Below are positions 60,979-64,000 of a DNA stretch of 64,000 nucleotides, one piece after another. Position 1 is the first letter of the stretch. Each line of letters opens with the position of its first letter. Origin of the DNA: Chiloscyllium plagiosum (lineage: Eukaryota). The stretch is from NCBI RefSeq assembly GCF_004010195.1, contig NC_057718.1, forward strand, positions 94,473,205 to 94,537,204, written 5' to 3'. Made by a program: the position numbers and the translations under genes. Under the pieces are notes generated by a model. That model made no database searches. It was given only the letters and a program-made list of their open reading frames with translations, and was not told where the DNA came from.

Positions 60979-62192
60979 AACTCATCTCAGCAGCCCTTCT
61001 TCATTGACTTCTTGCTCCTCAGCTAATTCCAAAACACCAAAGCAATTTCAATCTAGTCACTGGTCAAACAGGTGCAGGGGAATCTATAGCGGGAAAAGCA
61101 GTTACCACCAGTGATGTGATTTCAAGGAAACCTTATTTAACAAATTTCCAACAGATCACAGTGACTTTTCAACAAACTCCCTTAAAGAAACCTCTTCTGG
61201 TACTTATAAAAATCTTGAAGTGAATCAATTTTTCCACAGACCTTCAAAGTCCGCAAGAAGTCTTAAATATGAAGCATCTTCATAACAAAACACAGGGAAA
61301 AACAAAATAAGGAATGTAACTGTTAAAATGGAAAGGGACTAATTTGTATGACAAGATGTAGATATAGTAATTTGTAACACCATCAACATTTCAACTTCGT
61401 GAAAGGAGCACTATTCAAACAAAGAACACTGGTTGCAGAAGCAAAATGTTGCATTTGCAAAATACAGAAGCTGTTGAATAGAGTCACTAAGTGTGTGATG
61501 CTTTCATAAAGATCTCAGTGAGATATATTGGTTTTGAATACAGCCGATTCAGAGTTAACATGCCACGGGGCAACAGCCTTCATCCTCTCTGACATTTTCT
61601 GGAACTCCTCTCATCGAAGCTTGTAAGTTGAAAATCCACTGAAAGACAGCTGGAGGGAGAGGAGGATTTGTACAGGAGGAGTCTAAATCTATGCCACTGT
61701 TTCCAGGAAAAAGGACTTCAACCAGTCATAACTGATCCAGGAAGAAATCTTAACACCAGTCACGTGTGTGAAAAGTGACTTTGGCTGCAGGCTAACATTT
61801 CAACAATCTATGAATTTCTTATGCAGAATTTAATTGTTATTTGACCAATTTACTTTTATGATAATATACTGTAGATTTTTTCTCCAGGCATGGTGTATAA
61901 ATACCCTGGCTGACTTATTTCTAGTTCTTAATTCTATATATTTTCTTAAAGTGTCAACATCACCTTCCTTTTGACTTTAAACTTTGTAATATCCAGTGGA
62001 TGTGTGAGATAAGGCAAGGAATCAGTCTACCCATCAGGCTAAGTGGCTCATAACAGTTTTACTTTCTATATATTTCCATAATTAGTTATTGTAGACACAA
62101 ACCAGATTTTCACCAGATGCTAAAGAGAGACATTAATATTCTGTAAAATAGCTATTGCTTTGCTACTCAATAGTCCCCAAATTAACACTGAT

Positions 62193-62468
62193 GGGGTGGC
62201 ACGGTGGCTCAGTGGTTAGCACTGTTGCCTCGCAGCGCTAGGGGCCCAGGTTCAATTCCTGCCTTGGGCAACTGTCTGTGTGGAATTTGCACATTCTCTG
62301 CGTGAGTGTGCTCTGGTTTTCTCCCACAGTCCAAAAATGTACAGGTTAGATGAATTGCCCGTAGTGTTAGTTGCATTAGTCAGGGGTGAATGTAGGGGAA
62401 TGGGTCTGGGTGGGTTGCTCTTCGGACGGTCGGTGTGGACTTGCTGGGCCAAAGGGAATCTAATCTAA
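62193..62468 (+). mobile_element. HE1-like SINE
   Basis: A and B boxes, core, AATCTAATCT tail. Confidence 0.9.
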
Positions 62469-62969
62469 ATTTTATGAACTGAACAAGCAAAGCAAAAAAA
62501 AAGCTTAACATTTCCATGATTTATAGACACTCCTTGTCTTTATTGTCAAACCTTGAGTGGGCATACATTTCCTGTAGGCCAGCATTAATCTCATGATTTA
62601 TGAAGTCAGATGGCAGATCCTAATTCACTGGAATAAAAAGAATCTGCATCCCATGACAAGAAAAATGAACTCTCTTGAATAAGCACCGATCTATCATTAT
62701 TGACTGACAGTGGGTAAGAAATCACAGTAATTATTCTTACAGAATCAGATATGAGACAATTTGGGGAAAGATGGACTGGATTTTCAGTTTACAATATGCT
62801 GGGTGAGGGCAAGGTCTGATAACATGCAGGAAACTAATAACGAAATGTAGATTGCCTGACATTTGTTCAGCCACAGCATTGCATTATTTCAAAAAAGAAC
62901 CTACTTGTTACTCACTGCTTGAATGACAAAAACATTCAGTCTTAAATTGGGAATTGTAATTAAATTCCA

Positions 62970-63144
62970 GTGTCGAGAGTATGGTGCTGGAAAAGCACAG
63001 CCGGTCAGGCAGCATCTGAGGAGCAAGAAGGGCTGATGAAAGTTTTATGCCTGAATCGTCAATTCTCCTGCTCCTTGGATGCTGCCTTTTCCAGCACCAC
63101 ACTCTCGACTCTGATCTCCAGCATCTGCAGTCCTCACTTTCTCT
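62970..63144 (+). mobile_element. Foldback PLE-derived insert
   Basis: TSD TAATT(A/C)AATTCCA at 62957-62969 and 63145-63157; forward arm starts at CTGATGA (~63034). Confidence 0.8.
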
Positions 63145-63159
63145 TAATTCAATTCCATT

Positions 63160-64000
63160 CACAACCTTGATTTATCGGGCAGGTAGATCAGGAATACAAG
63201 TCTTCAGCATTATAACTGGAATGTTGTCAGGGCCCAAATCCTCAGTCAGTATCTACTGCCTTCTTCATAGCACATCGAGTGGATTGAATTGGCTGTAGAT
63301 TGGTACCTCTGTTACTGAAGACCTGTGAAGGAGGCTTAGATAGATTATCCATTTGGCACTTCTGCTGAAAAATGGTTGCGAACGTTTTGTCTGTTGCACC
63401 CATATCTGGATTCCATCATTACTGATGATGGGGTTATTAAACTCCCTGTTGGCTGTTTAATTGTCCACCATCATTGACATCTGGATGAGGCAAGGCTTCA
63501 GAGTTCATATCTGATCCTACAATCGCTTAACTATGTCTATTGCATGCAACTCCTGCCGTTTAGAACTCAAGCAGTCCCGCCAACAGCTTGACAACTTATT
63601 TTTGTGGGACTTCTGATATTGCTCCTGGCACATCCTCTTGCACTCTCCATTGACCCTTGGCTTGATGGTAATGGTAGAGTTGGGGTTGAACACAATTCTG
63701 CTGTTTGCCAATGGCACGCCCAGATCTGACTTCCTAAATCTGCTTGAAGTCTATCCCCATTTCACACAATATGCACAGAGGGTGACTGCAATGTGACTGA
63801 TGGTCTTTGTTTTCACAAGAACTGTGCAGTGGTTCCTCTCATCAATACTGTCATAGGCAAGTGGATCGGTGAGGATGAGGAAAAGTAAATTTTTCTCCCT
63901 TGTTGGTTTCCTCACCAACTACTGCAAATCCAGTACCCAACAGTGCTGTCTCCTAGGAGTCAGCCAGTGTGCTCAGTAATGGTGCTACTGAGTCGCTTGT
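63160..64000 (-). mobile_element. Old CR1-group ORF2 fragment, truncated by the window edge
   Basis: Minus strand GPDNIPVIMLKTC..DL (pre-RT motif) near 63180-63235. Confidence 0.6.

Noticed and set aside
60350..62055. One or two solo LTRs ending in CATAACA (61286, 62055)
   Set aside because: LTR-like composition, but I could not find matching starts or TSDs.
1393..62468. tRNA genes at TGGCTCAGTGGTTAGC / GGTTCGATTCC motifs
   Set aside because: Each continues into the SINE core and LINE-like tail; these are SINE heads.

Overview
Eukaryotic, repeat-dense genomic DNA, almost certainly from a shark or other elasmobranch (inferred from HE1-type V-SINEs, esterase-ORF1 CR1 LINEs and Penelope-like elements). 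It looks intronic or intergenic: I can identify no intact host gene, and nearly all ORF-track hits are transposon fragments or repeat artefacts. Contents: three near-full-length decayed CR1 LINEs (two of them in a five-level nested stack) plus many CR1 3' fragments; about 14 HE1-like SINEs and several other SINE families; Penelope-like element (PLE) fragments with GIY-YIG endonuclease; a Harbinger transposase relic; RTE and Rex/Babar LINE relics; a solo LTR with a 5-bp TSD; two MITEs; and a 3.6-kb CpG-rich 25-bp satellite inside an apparent non-autonomous retroelement. Most interesting signals: (1) minimal hammerhead-ribozyme motifs in several PLE families, including tiny foldback inserts with 7-15 bp TSDs whose inversion points cluster at the ribozyme; (2) a U_UUA_AAC-type slippery site at the end of CR1 ORF1, where the -1 frame runs without stop or AUG into the ORF2 endonuclease, suggesting programmed -1 frameshifting; (3) the satellite arising inside a LINE-tailed element. 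All calls are from manual reading with no database search, and the boundaries of old repeats are approximate.
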